Origin: Patescibacteria group bacterium
Lineage (GTDB): Bacteria > Patescibacteriota > Patescibacteriia > UBA10025 > JAHIVO01
DNA length: 64,000 nt
NCBI GenBank assembly: GCA_028718605.1
Contig: JAQULM010000001.1
Location: 19,244-83,243 of the forward strand
Reading direction: 5' to 3'
Shown: positions 37,432-48,497 of the stretch, in pieces
How positions within the stretch are numbered: the stretch's first letter is position 1
How the letters are laid out: each line of letters opens with the position of its first letter
The notes under the pieces: model-generated
Seen by the model: only the letters and a program-made list of their open reading frames with translations
The model's database searches: none
What the model was told of the DNA's origin: nothing
Translations under genes and position numbers: made by a program

Positions 37432-37989
37432 TTATTGGTTCGTAAACGGAGAAGTAAAATTTTGGAAAAAACCAAGCGAGGAATCCTTCGCTGATACGGA
37501 TGGTTTCGTAACGGGCCACGGTATATTGAGTGTCGGATCATTCCATCGGATGCCGCTATCTGAATTCGGAGCGTACAAATTGTCCACTTTATACATGAAT
37601 TCCGTATCAGGTTCGAGCGTGCAGAATCCGTGTGCGAAGCCCCGCGGAATGTAGAGCATGAGGAAATTCGAGGCGGTTAACTCAAACCCCTGCCATGTAC
37701 CATATGTTTTTAATGGTCTCCTCAGATCGACAATGACATCGTACACGCTTCCCCGTACGACGCGCACAAGTTTTGCTTGAGCGTGCGGAGGGAGCTGAAA
37801 ATGTAGCCCGCGAAGGACACCGGCAGCTTTTGACATTGAATGGTTGTCCTGTATAAAGTGCGCAGTAATCCCCTCTTTCGTGAGCCATTCGCTGGAATAC
37901 GTTTCTAGAAAAAAACCACGCTCATCACGATGAACATCCGGCTTGATTAACCACGCGTCTGGAAAATTTGTTCGGATAAATTCTGGCAT
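37432..37989 (-). CDS. rmlC: dTDP-4-dehydrorhamnose 3,5-epimerase
   Basis: DERGFF, QDNHS, LRGLHFQ, GFAHGF and YKVD. Confidence 0.96.
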   Translation of the reverse strand: MPEFIRTNFPDAWLIKPDVHRDERGFFLETYSSEWLTKEGITAHFIQDNHSMSKAAGVLRGLHFQLPPHAQAKLVRVVRGSVYDVIVDLRRPLKTYGTWQGFELTASNFLMLYIPRGFAHGFCTLEPDTEFMYKVDNLYAPNSDSGIRWNDPTLNIPWPVTKPSVSAKDSSLGFFQNFTSPFTNQ

Positions 37990-37995
37990 GCGCTC

Positions 37996-38826
37996 CTATT
38001 TTTTTAAATACTCGCGTAATGCATTTTGCCAGGTCGGTAATACCGGTAATTTCGTATTGATAAGCACTGAATATGCTGGCCGTACTGCATGCCGAGGGTA
38101 GAAGCTCGCTGGCACTGGATGCAGTGTAACATTAATTTTGCTCACTGCAAAGATTTCACGCGCAAAATCAAACCATGTGCACGCGCCAGTATTTGTAATG
38201 TGGTATACGCCAAACGGCTTACCAAGTAATTCGCGTGTCGCTTGCGCAAGATGGGGTGCGTACGTCGGGCACGACAATTCTTCATTTACAACATTGAGTT
38301 TATTTTTTTTCTTAGCCAGATCAAGCATCACGTCGACAAAACTCCTTTTGCCAGCAGCCGACATGGATGGCTGGCCAAAAAGGCGGGAAAGGCGTATAAG
38401 ATAAAACCTATCGCAATTTTTTTGCACTTCCTGTTCTCCTAAATACTTTGATCGCGCATATGTTGATTGCGGGTCTGGTGAATCTGTTTCTGTATACCCT
38501 GTTTTCTTATCTCCTTTAAAAACATAATCGGTACTGTATTGGATAAGTGTTCCCTTTATTTTTTGCATTGCCGCAGCGAGGAAACCGGGCCCAAATCCAT
38601 TTACCTTATTTGCAATTTCCTGCTTTGTTTCAGCGCCATCGACGTCATTATACGCAGCTGCATTAATAGCGAGTTCTGGTTTTTCTTTGCTTATCAGCTC
38701 ATTCACCATGCGCTGATTTGTAATATCTATGGTATCAAAATCCCACAGCAGTGGGTTCTCCGCCTTGAATGCCTTTGCGAGCTCCTGTCCGAGCATCCCT
38801 TTTGCACCAATAATAATTACTTTCAT
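37996..38826 (-). CDS. rmlD: dTDP-4-dehydrorhamnose reductase
   Basis: GAKGMLG, NAAAYNDVDGAE, STDYVF, YARSKYLGE and RPAYSVL. Confidence 0.95.
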   Translation of the reverse strand: MKVIIIGAKGMLGQELAKAFKAENPLLWDFDTIDITNQRMVNELISKEKPELAINAAAYNDVDGAETKQEIANKVNGFGPGFLAAAMQKIKGTLIQYSTDYVFKGDKKTGYTETDSPDPQSTYARSKYLGEQEVQKNCDRFYLIRLSRLFGQPSMSAAGKRSFVDVMLDLAKKKNKLNVVNEELSCPTYAPHLAQATRELLGKPFGVYHITNTGACTWFDFAREIFAVSKINVTLHPVPASFYPRHAVRPAYSVLINTKLPVLPTWQNALREYLKK

Positions 38827-39416
38827 AAAATTGCTCCTCCGGTTATTTTAATAACATAGCGCTGTACGCCGAGCATTCTCGCTCCAGCGCCGCGATATCG
38901 CTTAAACCGGTTATACGCACGATTAAATGAGATCCGCGACGGCCCTGTTGCGCGTGAAAATGACGTGCACGCATCAGAAAAAGCGATAATTTTTTCTTCT
39001 GTTGTGCGAGGGAAAAAATCACGCGCGATAAATCCATGTTCCCTGTTTGTGACTTTGTCTAATCCGCTGCCGCCAGCATGCGTAATGCATACACGTGCAA
39101 GCTCTGGCCAGCCTTTCGCCATACACAAACGATAGCCTTCAAATAAATGGTAAATCGGGGCTACCTGAAGGCGGCTTGCCTTGCTCCCCACCGCCATTCT
39201 TCCAATATCATGGCAAAGGCACGCTGCTTTCAGAAAACGTAAGTTTACCGAGTAGCCGTTTGAAATCGCATTATCAGCGATTCGTTTTGCCCCTTTCCAT
39301 ACAAGCTGTGAATGCCGCCAGGTGTCGCGCACCTGCTCAGGAATGCCGTGTTTTCGGGCAATCAACCGCATCCACGACTTAATCTGCGCAATTGACGGCA
39401 ATTTACCTGAGTTCAT
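38823..39416 (-). CDS. HD-domain (HDIG) metal-dependent phosphohydrolase, TIGR00295-like
   Basis: H..V, CHDIGR, H..EG, TH.G.G and DFFPRTTEEKIIAFSD; ATG 39416 overlaps the rmlB end. Confidence 0.85.
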   Translation of the reverse strand: MNSGKLPSIAQIKSWMRLIARKHGIPEQVRDTWRHSQLVWKGAKRIADNAISNGYSVNLRFLKAACLCHDIGRMAVGSKASRLQVAPIYHLFEGYRLCMAKGWPELARVCITHAGGSGLDKVTNREHGFIARDFFPRTTEEKIIAFSDACTSFSRATGPSRISFNRAYNRFKRYRGAGARMLGVQRYVIKITGGAIL

Positions 39417-40554
39417 ACTGGCGGCGATAATAGTCTTTATAAAATTCACCTGACTTTATCGGCCGCCACCACTGTTCATTGCTGCGGTACCATTCGATCA
39501 TCTTCCGGAGATACGTATCAAGATCGTGTTTTGGCTGGTATCCAAGCTCTTGATGCGCATACGTCCAATCAATCGCATACCGGCGATCATGCCCAGGCCG
39601 ATCTTTAACAAATTCTATTGAAGATTCATCCTTGCCCATTATTGCTAAAACTTTCTTAATCAACGCTAAATTATTAACATCATCAGTCAATCCACCCAAG
39701 CAGTAGGTTTCGCCGGGTTTTCCTTTTTGCAAAATGAGCTCAATTCCCTGGCAATGATCCAGTACGTAGAGCCAATCACGGACGTATTTCCCGTCTCCGT
39801 ATATCGGTACTTTTTTATTTTCCAAAAGATTGGTAATTGCGAGCGGCAACAATTTTTCCGGGTACATGTACGGTCCATAGTTATTCGATGTATTGGAAAT
39901 AGTTACCGGCAAACTAAAGCTTTCCCTATACGCGCGGACGATGAGATCGGACGCTGCCTTTGATGCCGCATACGGGCTTCGCGGATTATATTTTGTCTTT
40001 TCGTTAAATTTCTTCCTTGCTTTCAACGTAAGAGCACCAAAAACTTCATCGGTTGATACATGGTGAAAACGTTTTGACGAATCGTATTTTCCATTAGGCT
40101 TTCTCCATGCTTTTACGGCAGCTTCAAGCATAATATGCGTACCCCAGACGTTCGTTTGGATGAAATCAAACGGAATTGGATGAAGCGGATTAGCATTTAA
40201 AACCGAGCGATCGACATGGCTCTCGGCGGCAAAATGAACGATCGTATCTACTCTCGAAACCTCCTCAACCAGTTTGGAAAAACTCTCCCGGTCGAATCGG
40301 CCGTATAATTCAGACTTTTTCAAGGTATCAGGTTCGTTCCCTGCTTGTTCGGTGTACAGAGGGCACGTAATATCAAATTCCCAAAGCCTGTGATAGCCTT
40401 GATGGTTTTTATCGATATCGACAAGATTCATTCTATTTCCGCAATATGTCAAGGCATCCAGATTAACAATATGATCATCCGGATGTTTATCAAGCCAGTA
40501 GCGTATAAAATTTGACCCGATAAATCCCGCTCCGCCGGTGATGAGTAGTTTCAT
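39403..40554 (-). CDS. rmlB: dTDP-glucose 4,6-dehydratase
   Basis: TGGAGFIGS, HFAAESHVDRS, STDEVFG, YAASKA, NNYGP and DRPGHDRRY. Confidence 0.96.
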   Translation of the reverse strand: MKLLITGGAGFIGSNFIRYWLDKHPDDHIVNLDALTYCGNRMNLVDIDKNHQGYHRLWEFDITCPLYTEQAGNEPDTLKKSELYGRFDRESFSKLVEEVSRVDTIVHFAAESHVDRSVLNANPLHPIPFDFIQTNVWGTHIMLEAAVKAWRKPNGKYDSSKRFHHVSTDEVFGALTLKARKKFNEKTKYNPRSPYAASKAASDLIVRAYRESFSLPVTISNTSNNYGPYMYPEKLLPLAITNLLENKKVPIYGDGKYVRDWLYVLDHCQGIELILQKGKPGETYCLGGLTDDVNNLALIKKVLAIMGKDESSIEFVKDRPGHDRRYAIDWTYAHQELGYQPKHDLDTYLRKMIEWYRSNEQWWRPIKSGEFYKDYYRRQYELR

Positions 40555-41093
40555 ACTTTTAAAATCGTCTTAACTTTTAATAATGCGGCAATCGTAACAG
40601 CATCATCTATCTTCCCGTTGATACACCATGAAATTGCTTTTCGAAGCGGCATACAGAGAACTTCTTGCGGACCATCCTCGGATATTTGCTTTTGCTTTAC
40701 CACTCTCAGGGATTGCGCCAGGAACAGAGAGGCGTACTCAGTGCCAACGCCCGGAAACACAACAACCTTCCCGACACATTTCCATCGCTTTGCATCAATC
40801 CCCGCTTCCTCGCGCAGTTCTCGCCGTGCTGCTGCTAAAAATGATTCATCATGGTCTCTCCCTCCCCACGGTATTTCAAGTGTAAAGCGTTTGAGCGGGT
40901 ACCGCCACTGTCTGATCAAATACACGCATCGATCTGTATCAACAGCCACAATAGCGGATGAACCGCGGAGATCAAAAAAACCGTAGATACCTTTTGTTCC
41001 GTCTGGGCGTAGTACTTTATCCTCCTGCACGCGAAGCCACTGATTTCGATATACGGTCCTTGAGCTTACTGTTTTCCACGATCCGTGCGTCAT
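40551..41093 (-). CDS. Nudix hydrolase, ADP-ribose/NDP-sugar pyrophosphatase-like
   Basis: Nudix box GGRDHDESFLAAARRELREEAG; RQWRYP and downstream PG. Confidence 0.9.
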   Translation of the reverse strand: MTHGSWKTVSSRTVYRNQWLRVQEDKVLRPDGTKGIYGFFDLRGSSAIVAVDTDRCVYLIRQWRYPLKRFTLEIPWGGRDHDESFLAAARRELREEAGIDAKRWKCVGKVVVFPGVGTEYASLFLAQSLRVVKQKQISEDGPQEVLCMPLRKAISWCINGKIDDAVTIAALLKVKTILKV

Positions 41094-41530
41094 ATAACCT
41101 TATAATTATAAGTCTTCGCATACACATCAGGAGTATTCGTCAGCACAACAAGGGGCTGAAATTTTTTTGTACAATTGCGTACGGCGTGCGGTACGCGCGG
41201 TGGAATGTAATACATCGTATAGGAATTTTTATTGCCTGGAGTTATTTTTATAACGGTAATTTTATTTGTTACTGGATCAGCAAGTAACAGCTCTAAATTC
41301 CCGAGTGGACAGAATAGTTCCTTCTTAGATGTATGAAAGTGATTTCCTGCGATATCGCCAGGACCGATATTGTTTAAATACGCGAAACGTGGCCGAAACG
41401 TCAGCTTTTGCTCGTTGGTATTCGGCCATAGATGGGACAGCCACCTGTTGCCTTTTGTGGAACGACGGCCTTTGATAATTCGCCAGTAGAGTTTATTCCG
41501 TTGTATGCGCGAACGATTTTCTGGCCTCAT
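41090..41530 (-). CDS. Cupin (WxcM/FdtA/CapF-C-like sugar isomerase/epimerase)
   Basis: GNHFH..KKELF and IPPRVPHAVRN cupin motifs. Confidence 0.8.
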   Translation of the reverse strand: MRPENRSRIQRNKLYWRIIKGRRSTKGNRWLSHLWPNTNEQKLTFRPRFAYLNNIGPGDIAGNHFHTSKKELFCPLGNLELLLADPVTNKITVIKITPGNKNSYTMYYIPPRVPHAVRNCTKKFQPLVVLTNTPDVYAKTYNYKVI

Positions 41531-41542
41531 GGGTGCTTCAAG

Positions 41543-42808
<1,266 letters not shown>

Positions 42809-42839
42809 TTATATGCCAGGCAGTACTGAACTTATTTTA

Positions 42840-43250
42840 TTAATTACTTTGATCATTTGATAATGTAATTGGAAATAAAATTAAAATAATTCCAATAATA
42901 ATTGAGATAAAATAGCTCATTGGACCAATCATTTTAATCTTATTATAAATTATTAATGCGACTGCAATTGCGATTAAAAAAAATATTATATAACTTCCTA
43001 AAGAAATATTAATTTTTTTATATGCGACGGTTTCATCACGAAAAATAATTGTTAATAAACCACTCACACACGTAATAATTAATAGAATATTAAGATTAAA
43101 TATGTTCGAAATAAGACCTACTTTAAAATTTTCTACTAAATAAAATAATAAATAACTAATAAAAGAGGCTTTGAAAATTTCGATGACGATTTCATGTATA
43201 ATGAATAATAATCTCTTTCTTGCCTGTATTGATGCGGTATTGTTTTTCAT
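42840..43250 (-). CDS. Hypothetical 4-TM membrane protein
   Basis: Four hydrophobic helices, co-oriented with flanking genes. Confidence 0.7.
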   Translation of the reverse strand: MKNNTASIQARKRLLFIIHEIVIEIFKASFISYLLFYLVENFKVGLISNIFNLNILLIITCVSGLLTIIFRDETVAYKKINISLGSYIIFFLIAIAVALIIYNKIKMIGPMSYFISIIIGIILILFPITLSNDQSN

Positions 43251-43267
43251 TATTATAAAATCGTTTA

Positions 43268-45037
43268 TTACTTATTGATCATATTAGATATATAGCTTTT
43301 TACTTTTTGTAAAAAAGAATTGATAGTTACCGGTGGCTTTTGGAAGCGTATATCAACTTCCTTTATTTTAAGCATTCTATTGTTTTCCGGTAAACCAGGT
43401 AAACTAAAAATAAAACTCGCCATTGTCTGCCCATTTTTTTGAGAATAATATAAATCAGGTACTTCGATAGTTGCTTTTGCTGTAAGCCATCCATCATTTG
43501 ATTGAGCATGAAGATAATCAGCAATAATAAAATTAAAATTGTCAATATCATTTACTTTCATCAAATCCTCAGTAACAAAAAAATCTGGATTAAAAAATTG
43601 ATCAGGTGAAAACGCAAAATAACCGTCTCCACTGATAATAATATCATTACGAGGTGAATAAATTGTTGTCATTCCTGGTGATAAGTTAATTTCCTGAGGG
43701 ACATGTACTTGATCAATAAATACCTTTTCTGACCCAACTCGTAGAGTTTGTATACCCTTTTCATGTGAAGTTTTTATTTTAATTTTGTTACTATTTGTAT
43801 AAATTGTTGTTGGAGTTAATTGTTTTTCTCCAAGAATCTCAGAATATTCGGGATTATCCGTAGGATAAATATTCTTCTTAAACATGATGAGATTCTGTGT
43901 TGTTTCAATTTGCTTAATAAAAACATCATCGTCAGTTAAATCTATGACAAGTCTGTATACGCCCATTGGAAGATTGTCTAATAAAAGTTGATGACGTCGT
44001 TGAGGATAAACTTTTCCTGTTGCTTCCGTTTCACCATCATCGGGAGCGATAACATCACTAATTTTTTTATTACTACTATTAAATACTTGTACATGAAATG
44101 GATCTTCTCCAACATGTCTGTTTATATCCTGAATAGTAAAAATAAAATTTAAATCTTCATCTTTACCAATATACGTATATATTTCGTGCGAGCCACGAAT
44201 ACTTTTATCAATAATAATTGGCTTAGTACTTTTCTTATAGCCAGGCATTTCTAAAAATGCAGATAAATTATAATTGTATTGCACGACACCCGTTAATTCA
44301 GGTAAATGATCCAAAAAATCCTGAATATGTGAAAATTGTCCCTTCACCTCTCTTTGTATCTTCGCCTCACCAGTAATTGTCTTCAGTTCATTATTGTATT
44401 TTGTTAGTATTACTTGTTTTTCAGAATCATACGAAGAACTAATATTTTGATTTTGTATAATACGATTTGATTTGTATTTTTCATCAAGAGAATTTAATTC
44501 TTCTTCCTTCCATATATCTAATTCGTTTTTTTTCTGTGAAAAAATTAAATCTCTTGATAATTTTTCTGTTTTATATTCATTGTCCTTTTGCCATAGTATA
44601 ATATTATTCTCTTCAATTTTACTCCAATATTCTGGTAAGTTCTCTAAAATTGGTTGCCAAAATGCCATATCGACATACGAATACGCACTATTCGGTTGTT
44701 TTACGCCGAGTTGAATTTTGGGTTGATTATCTGGATTTTGATAAACTAACGAAACTTCCGCCTTTGAAAAAGGTCGAGGGACAATTACATTAAAATATAC
44801 CGGCGATGTAGTAATTAACTGAAAGTAATCCTTATTTCCTGATTTATTTTCAGTTCCAATGATGCGGTCACTCTCTTTTTGTGCAAAATTTTTAACTACC
44901 TTCGATTCCTTTTCGACATGATAATGTATTTCTAGTAAGCCACTAGGCACGAAATATTGAGTAAGGATATATATAATCAAAATTACAGGTAAACACCAAA
45001 TTATAATTTTGAAAAAAATTAAAATTTTTATTCGCAT
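43268..45037 (-). CDS. Hypothetical bitopic protein with large extracellular beta-rich domain
   Basis: N-terminal TM and 589 aa open frame, with a charged helical insert at about aa 150-230. Confidence 0.75.
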   Translation of the reverse strand: MRIKILIFFKIIIWCLPVILIIYILTQYFVPSGLLEIHYHVEKESKVVKNFAQKESDRIIGTENKSGNKDYFQLITTSPVYFNVIVPRPFSKAEVSLVYQNPDNQPKIQLGVKQPNSAYSYVDMAFWQPILENLPEYWSKIEENNIILWQKDNEYKTEKLSRDLIFSQKKNELDIWKEEELNSLDEKYKSNRIIQNQNISSSYDSEKQVILTKYNNELKTITGEAKIQREVKGQFSHIQDFLDHLPELTGVVQYNYNLSAFLEMPGYKKSTKPIIIDKSIRGSHEIYTYIGKDEDLNFIFTIQDINRHVGEDPFHVQVFNSSNKKISDVIAPDDGETEATGKVYPQRRHQLLLDNLPMGVYRLVIDLTDDDVFIKQIETTQNLIMFKKNIYPTDNPEYSEILGEKQLTPTTIYTNSNKIKIKTSHEKGIQTLRVGSEKVFIDQVHVPQEINLSPGMTTIYSPRNDIIISGDGYFAFSPDQFFNPDFFVTEDLMKVNDIDNFNFIIADYLHAQSNDGWLTAKATIEVPDLYYSQKNGQTMASFIFSLPGLPENNRMLKIKEVDIRFQKPPVTINSFLQKVKSYISNMINK

Positions 45038-45078
45038 AGTATTTTTAATATGCCATTATTTATAGCATATATTGCGAC

Positions 45079-46776
45079 TTAATGCAACTGATATAGTATT
45101 TGTCCGCCTGTATCTGAACGATATAATTCTGATAGTATAACGCCATGGGATTGAAAAATATTCAGGAGTTGATTGCTCATTGTGTCATCGGTAGTATAGA
45201 AAAAATATAATGGTACTAATTGATGTAAATGATTAATCACTGAGCTTGCCAATTGCTTATCAGAAGGAAGTCGAGCTATAATCCTTCGTTCGGGAAAAAA
45301 AATCTTATCTGCGTTTCCTGCGATAATAATCGCTTCTCTTTCGGTTATAGCGATTACTTGCTTATCAATTAATTTATTCGCTTCAGCATATTTTTTAATT
45401 TGCACTAATCCATCAACTTGATTTAATAATACTTTTTGTATAGAAATAGTACAAACAACGAAAATGAAAAGACTGAATAAAATTTTTCTTAACCATATGG
45501 ATTTAAAAACTGTTATTATATCTATCAACGTTATGATTATGATCGGTAAGCAAAAAACATAAATTGGTAGCCAATATCGAACAAACGAAGAGCCAACAAT
45601 TATTTGTTCACCATCCTGATATTCGTAAAATGACGCAGATCCGTAATAAATAATTAACCATATACTAAAAACAGTGAACAGAAAATAATATAGTTGATGG
45701 GAACGAGGTACCCTTCGACTATATTTTTTTATTTCAGCAAAAAAATTACACATTGAATTGCATATAATATTTTTTAAAGTTAATATTATACCAGTTAATA
45801 ATAAAAAGAAAAGTATTGGTAAAAGAATAAAACAATACTGATAAAAATTTGATAGTGCGTCCAAAATATTTAACTTGTTATAAATAATTAATCGACTTAG
45901 TTTAATAAAAAATGCCTGTTCCGTGGAAGTTGCCGCAGAAGTACTATGCAATGAAGTTCCGTATGGAATTGCGAAGATTGAACCATATATAAAATGGTTC
46001 AACATAAAAAAAATAAGTATCCATAATAAAATAGGAGTCAGGATCGAAAATACATCTCGCCAATGTACAACTTTCCGGTTTGCAAGAATGATAATTATAA
46101 TAGTAGCTAATACCCATAATATTTCAGATGTTCGTACCCATAAAGCACATCCAATGAATAATCCACTTGTTACATAAAGCAACCAACCAAATCTACTCAA
46201 GCTACATTTAATTCCTTTTACTAAAAAATATAAAGCAATAATAAAAAATGAAATAAATAATATATTATGAAACATGCCACGACTACTATAATACCAATAT
46301 GGCGGCATGAGTAATAAAAGTAAACTGGATAGAAATGCAATTTTTTCATTAAAAATTAAACGTAGTAATAGAAAAAAGAAAATAACTCCAATAATTGAAA
46401 AAAAAGGTGTTAGAAAAGGAATAACCCATGTACCAAATAATTTTGCGATTGTGCCATAGAATATAATTATTCCAATAAAACTGCTTGGGACGGTTCTTCC
46501 ATCTACTACCTTCATGCTTCTTGGGTGAATATACCCATCAGCAACTTGTTGCAATGAATCATTAAAATAAAAGGTTCCTTTTTCAGCATAAAGATTTATA
46601 AAAAAATAATTTGCTGTTTCATCAGGTGAAATAAATTTTTGATTTACACCTTTTAAAAACCAACTGTAAATAATAAAAAATACAACTGCAAAAAATATTA
46701 GTATAAACAGTATCCAATTTTTTGTCAGAAGTTTTTTCATAAATATTACAACAATAATTATAGCATAAATCAACAA
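45079..46776 (-). CDS. GT-C fold glycosyltransferase (family 39-like)
   Basis: SPDETANY acidic motif after TM1; about 12 TM helices; RTSE, SFVRYWLP and DKIFFPER. Confidence 0.8.
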   Translation of the reverse strand: MLIYAIIIVVIFMKKLLTKNWILFILIFFAVVFFIIYSWFLKGVNQKFISPDETANYFFINLYAEKGTFYFNDSLQQVADGYIHPRSMKVVDGRTVPSSFIGIIIFYGTIAKLFGTWVIPFLTPFFSIIGVIFFFLLLRLIFNEKIAFLSSLLLLLMPPYWYYSSRGMFHNILFISFFIIALYFLVKGIKCSLSRFGWLLYVTSGLFIGCALWVRTSEILWVLATIIIIILANRKVVHWRDVFSILTPILLWILIFFMLNHFIYGSIFAIPYGTSLHSTSAATSTEQAFFIKLSRLIIYNKLNILDALSNFYQYCFILLPILFFLLLTGIILTLKNIICNSMCNFFAEIKKYSRRVPRSHQLYYFLFTVFSIWLIIYYGSASFYEYQDGEQIIVGSSFVRYWLPIYVFCLPIIIITLIDIITVFKSIWLRKILFSLFIFVVCTISIQKVLLNQVDGLVQIKKYAEANKLIDKQVIAITEREAIIIAGNADKIFFPERRIIARLPSDKQLASSVINHLHQLVPLYFFYTTDDTMSNQLLNIFQSHGVILSELYRSDTGGQILYQLH

Positions 46777-46826
46777 TTCTGTGCTAAAAGCATAAAATTA
46801 CTGATTTTAAAAATCAGACCCAAGAA

Positions 46827-46856
46827 TTGACAAAATAACCAAAAAGGAAGTATAGT
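46827..46856 (+). promoter_or_regulatory. Promoter of the surface protein gene
   Basis: TTGACA-N18-TATAGT. Confidence 0.55.
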
Positions 46857-46889
46857 TAACGCGTAAAAAGTAAATAGAATAAAGCTAAA

Positions 46890-48371
46890 ATGATGGCTGG
46901 AATAGAAAATAGATTTCCATATCGGTTCCCTATTTTAGTAATTATTAGTGATATTTGCTTAACAATATTGCTTTTTGTCTTAATGTCTCAAACAGTCATT
47001 GCACAAGAAATTACTGATAATACGATAACTGATACGGCATCAACATTAATTATTATTAATAAAACGATTGATGAACAGCCTGAATCTAACTCGATCATTA
47101 CAATCCAAGTCGTACAGAATAATGCTATAACTTCTCAGACATTATTAACTGATAATCAGGGGATGGCTTCATACTCTGTCAGCACTTCTAATGAAAACTC
47201 TTTACTCAATATTATAGAGGAGCCTATCATGGGTTTATCACTCGTGTCTGCGAATTGTGAAATCGTGAATCTTGAACCTGCTAATCCCACTGAGGAACAA
47301 GAAGAAGCTGCTTTAGGTAATAATTATTCAATGTCCATTGGCTATTTTGATGGTCAGGACAGTGTTGATAGTATTATTCTACAAACTGGAAGGACTATCA
47401 ATTGCACATTTAATAATCATCGTTATTCATTTTGTGGAGATGGAACGGTACAAACAACAAACGATGAGGGTATAACAGAAGAATGTGATGGTAATGAAAA
47501 CGTACTAGATGAACATTATCTTTGTTCTGCCGATTGTCGACTTGAATATATACCATATTGTGGCGATGGAATAAAAAATGATTCAGAAGAATGCGACGGA
47601 CTGGATGGTCTTTTACCAAATCAAAATTGTTCAGAAAACTGTTTACTTGAACAAAAGCAGGCAGATGAAGTTAACTTAGAAGAAAGTATAAACGAAGCAA
47701 GTCTTGTAGTTCAATTTTCGGCTGAAAAAACATCACTGTTACCCGGTGAAACTGGTCAATTTAATCTTTTTATTACAAATGATGGATTAGGTGAAGCTCA
47801 AAAAGTAAACTTAAAAGTTGTATTACCATCTGAATTTTCCTTTATAGAACAAGATAAAAAAACACAAGAAAAAAATTGGACGTGGGATAATTTAACAAGT
47901 AAAAGTACGATTTCTTTGTCATATATTGTTATAGCAAATAGTACGGCAAAACAAGGCTTGTATACCCAGACGGCCACCATAGCTGCTGATAATCTTACAA
48001 CACCCACAATAACTGAAGTCGATACAAAAATTAATCAATCCGGTATTATTAAAATTTCAGACGCAAGTACTAATCCGCAAAAAAAGAATTCATTATCGGC
48101 TGATAATCAAATTGCACAAAATGTATTGGGTTCAGTTAATAAAACTGACGATATAACCACCAAAGTAGAAGATGCAACCAAAATACCCAATGATACCACC
48201 GTAAATCCTCAGCAGCAATCTGACACATTGGATATAATGAACAATAATACCATTGTCCCTATAAAATATATTGAATCGGCAGTTCAGACCGATAATACTT
48301 CTATACTCATTATTTTTAGTGCAATTACAGCTATTGGTCTTTATCTTATCGTTACAAAATTAATTAAGTAA
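46890..48371 (+). CDS. Cell-surface protein: signal peptide, Ig/prealbumin-like domain, Cys-rich CGDG..EECDG repeats (DUF4215-like), DUF11-like domain, Thr/Asn stalk, C-terminal TM anchor
   Basis: FCGDG..EECDG and YCGDG..EECDG; PGETGQFNLFITNDGLGEA..LPSEF; ends VQTD-hydrophobic-KLIK. Confidence 0.82.
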   Translation: MMAGIENRFPYRFPILVIISDICLTILLFVLMSQTVIAQEITDNTITDTASTLIIINKTIDEQPESNSIITIQVVQNNAITSQTLLTDNQGMASYSVSTSNENSLLNIIEEPIMGLSLVSANCEIVNLEPANPTEEQEEAALGNNYSMSIGYFDGQDSVDSIILQTGRTINCTFNNHRYSFCGDGTVQTTNDEGITEECDGNENVLDEHYLCSADCRLEYIPYCGDGIKNDSEECDGLDGLLPNQNCSENCLLEQKQADEVNLEESINEASLVVQFSAEKTSLLPGETGQFNLFITNDGLGEAQKVNLKVVLPSEFSFIEQDKKTQEKNWTWDNLTSKSTISLSYIVIANSTAKQGLYTQTATIAADNLTTPTITEVDTKINQSGIIKISDASTNPQKKNSLSADNQIAQNVLGSVNKTDDITTKVEDATKIPNDTTVNPQQQSDTLDIMNNNTIVPIKYIESAVQTDNTSILIIFSAITAIGLYLIVTKLIK

Positions 48372-48497
48372 TAATTAATCAAGAATCTATATACGTCGCA
48401 GTATTTGCCGCCTCGCTTTTAGCATATATTTAGTTCAAAAAGACTGTAATAAACATATATTATTTACAAATACATTTGATATTATTTAAATATAATA

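Noticed and set aside
40294-40366. RmlB insertion beginning with Cys as a mini-intein
   Set aside because: Far too short and lacks the terminal His-Asn followed by Cys/Ser/Thr
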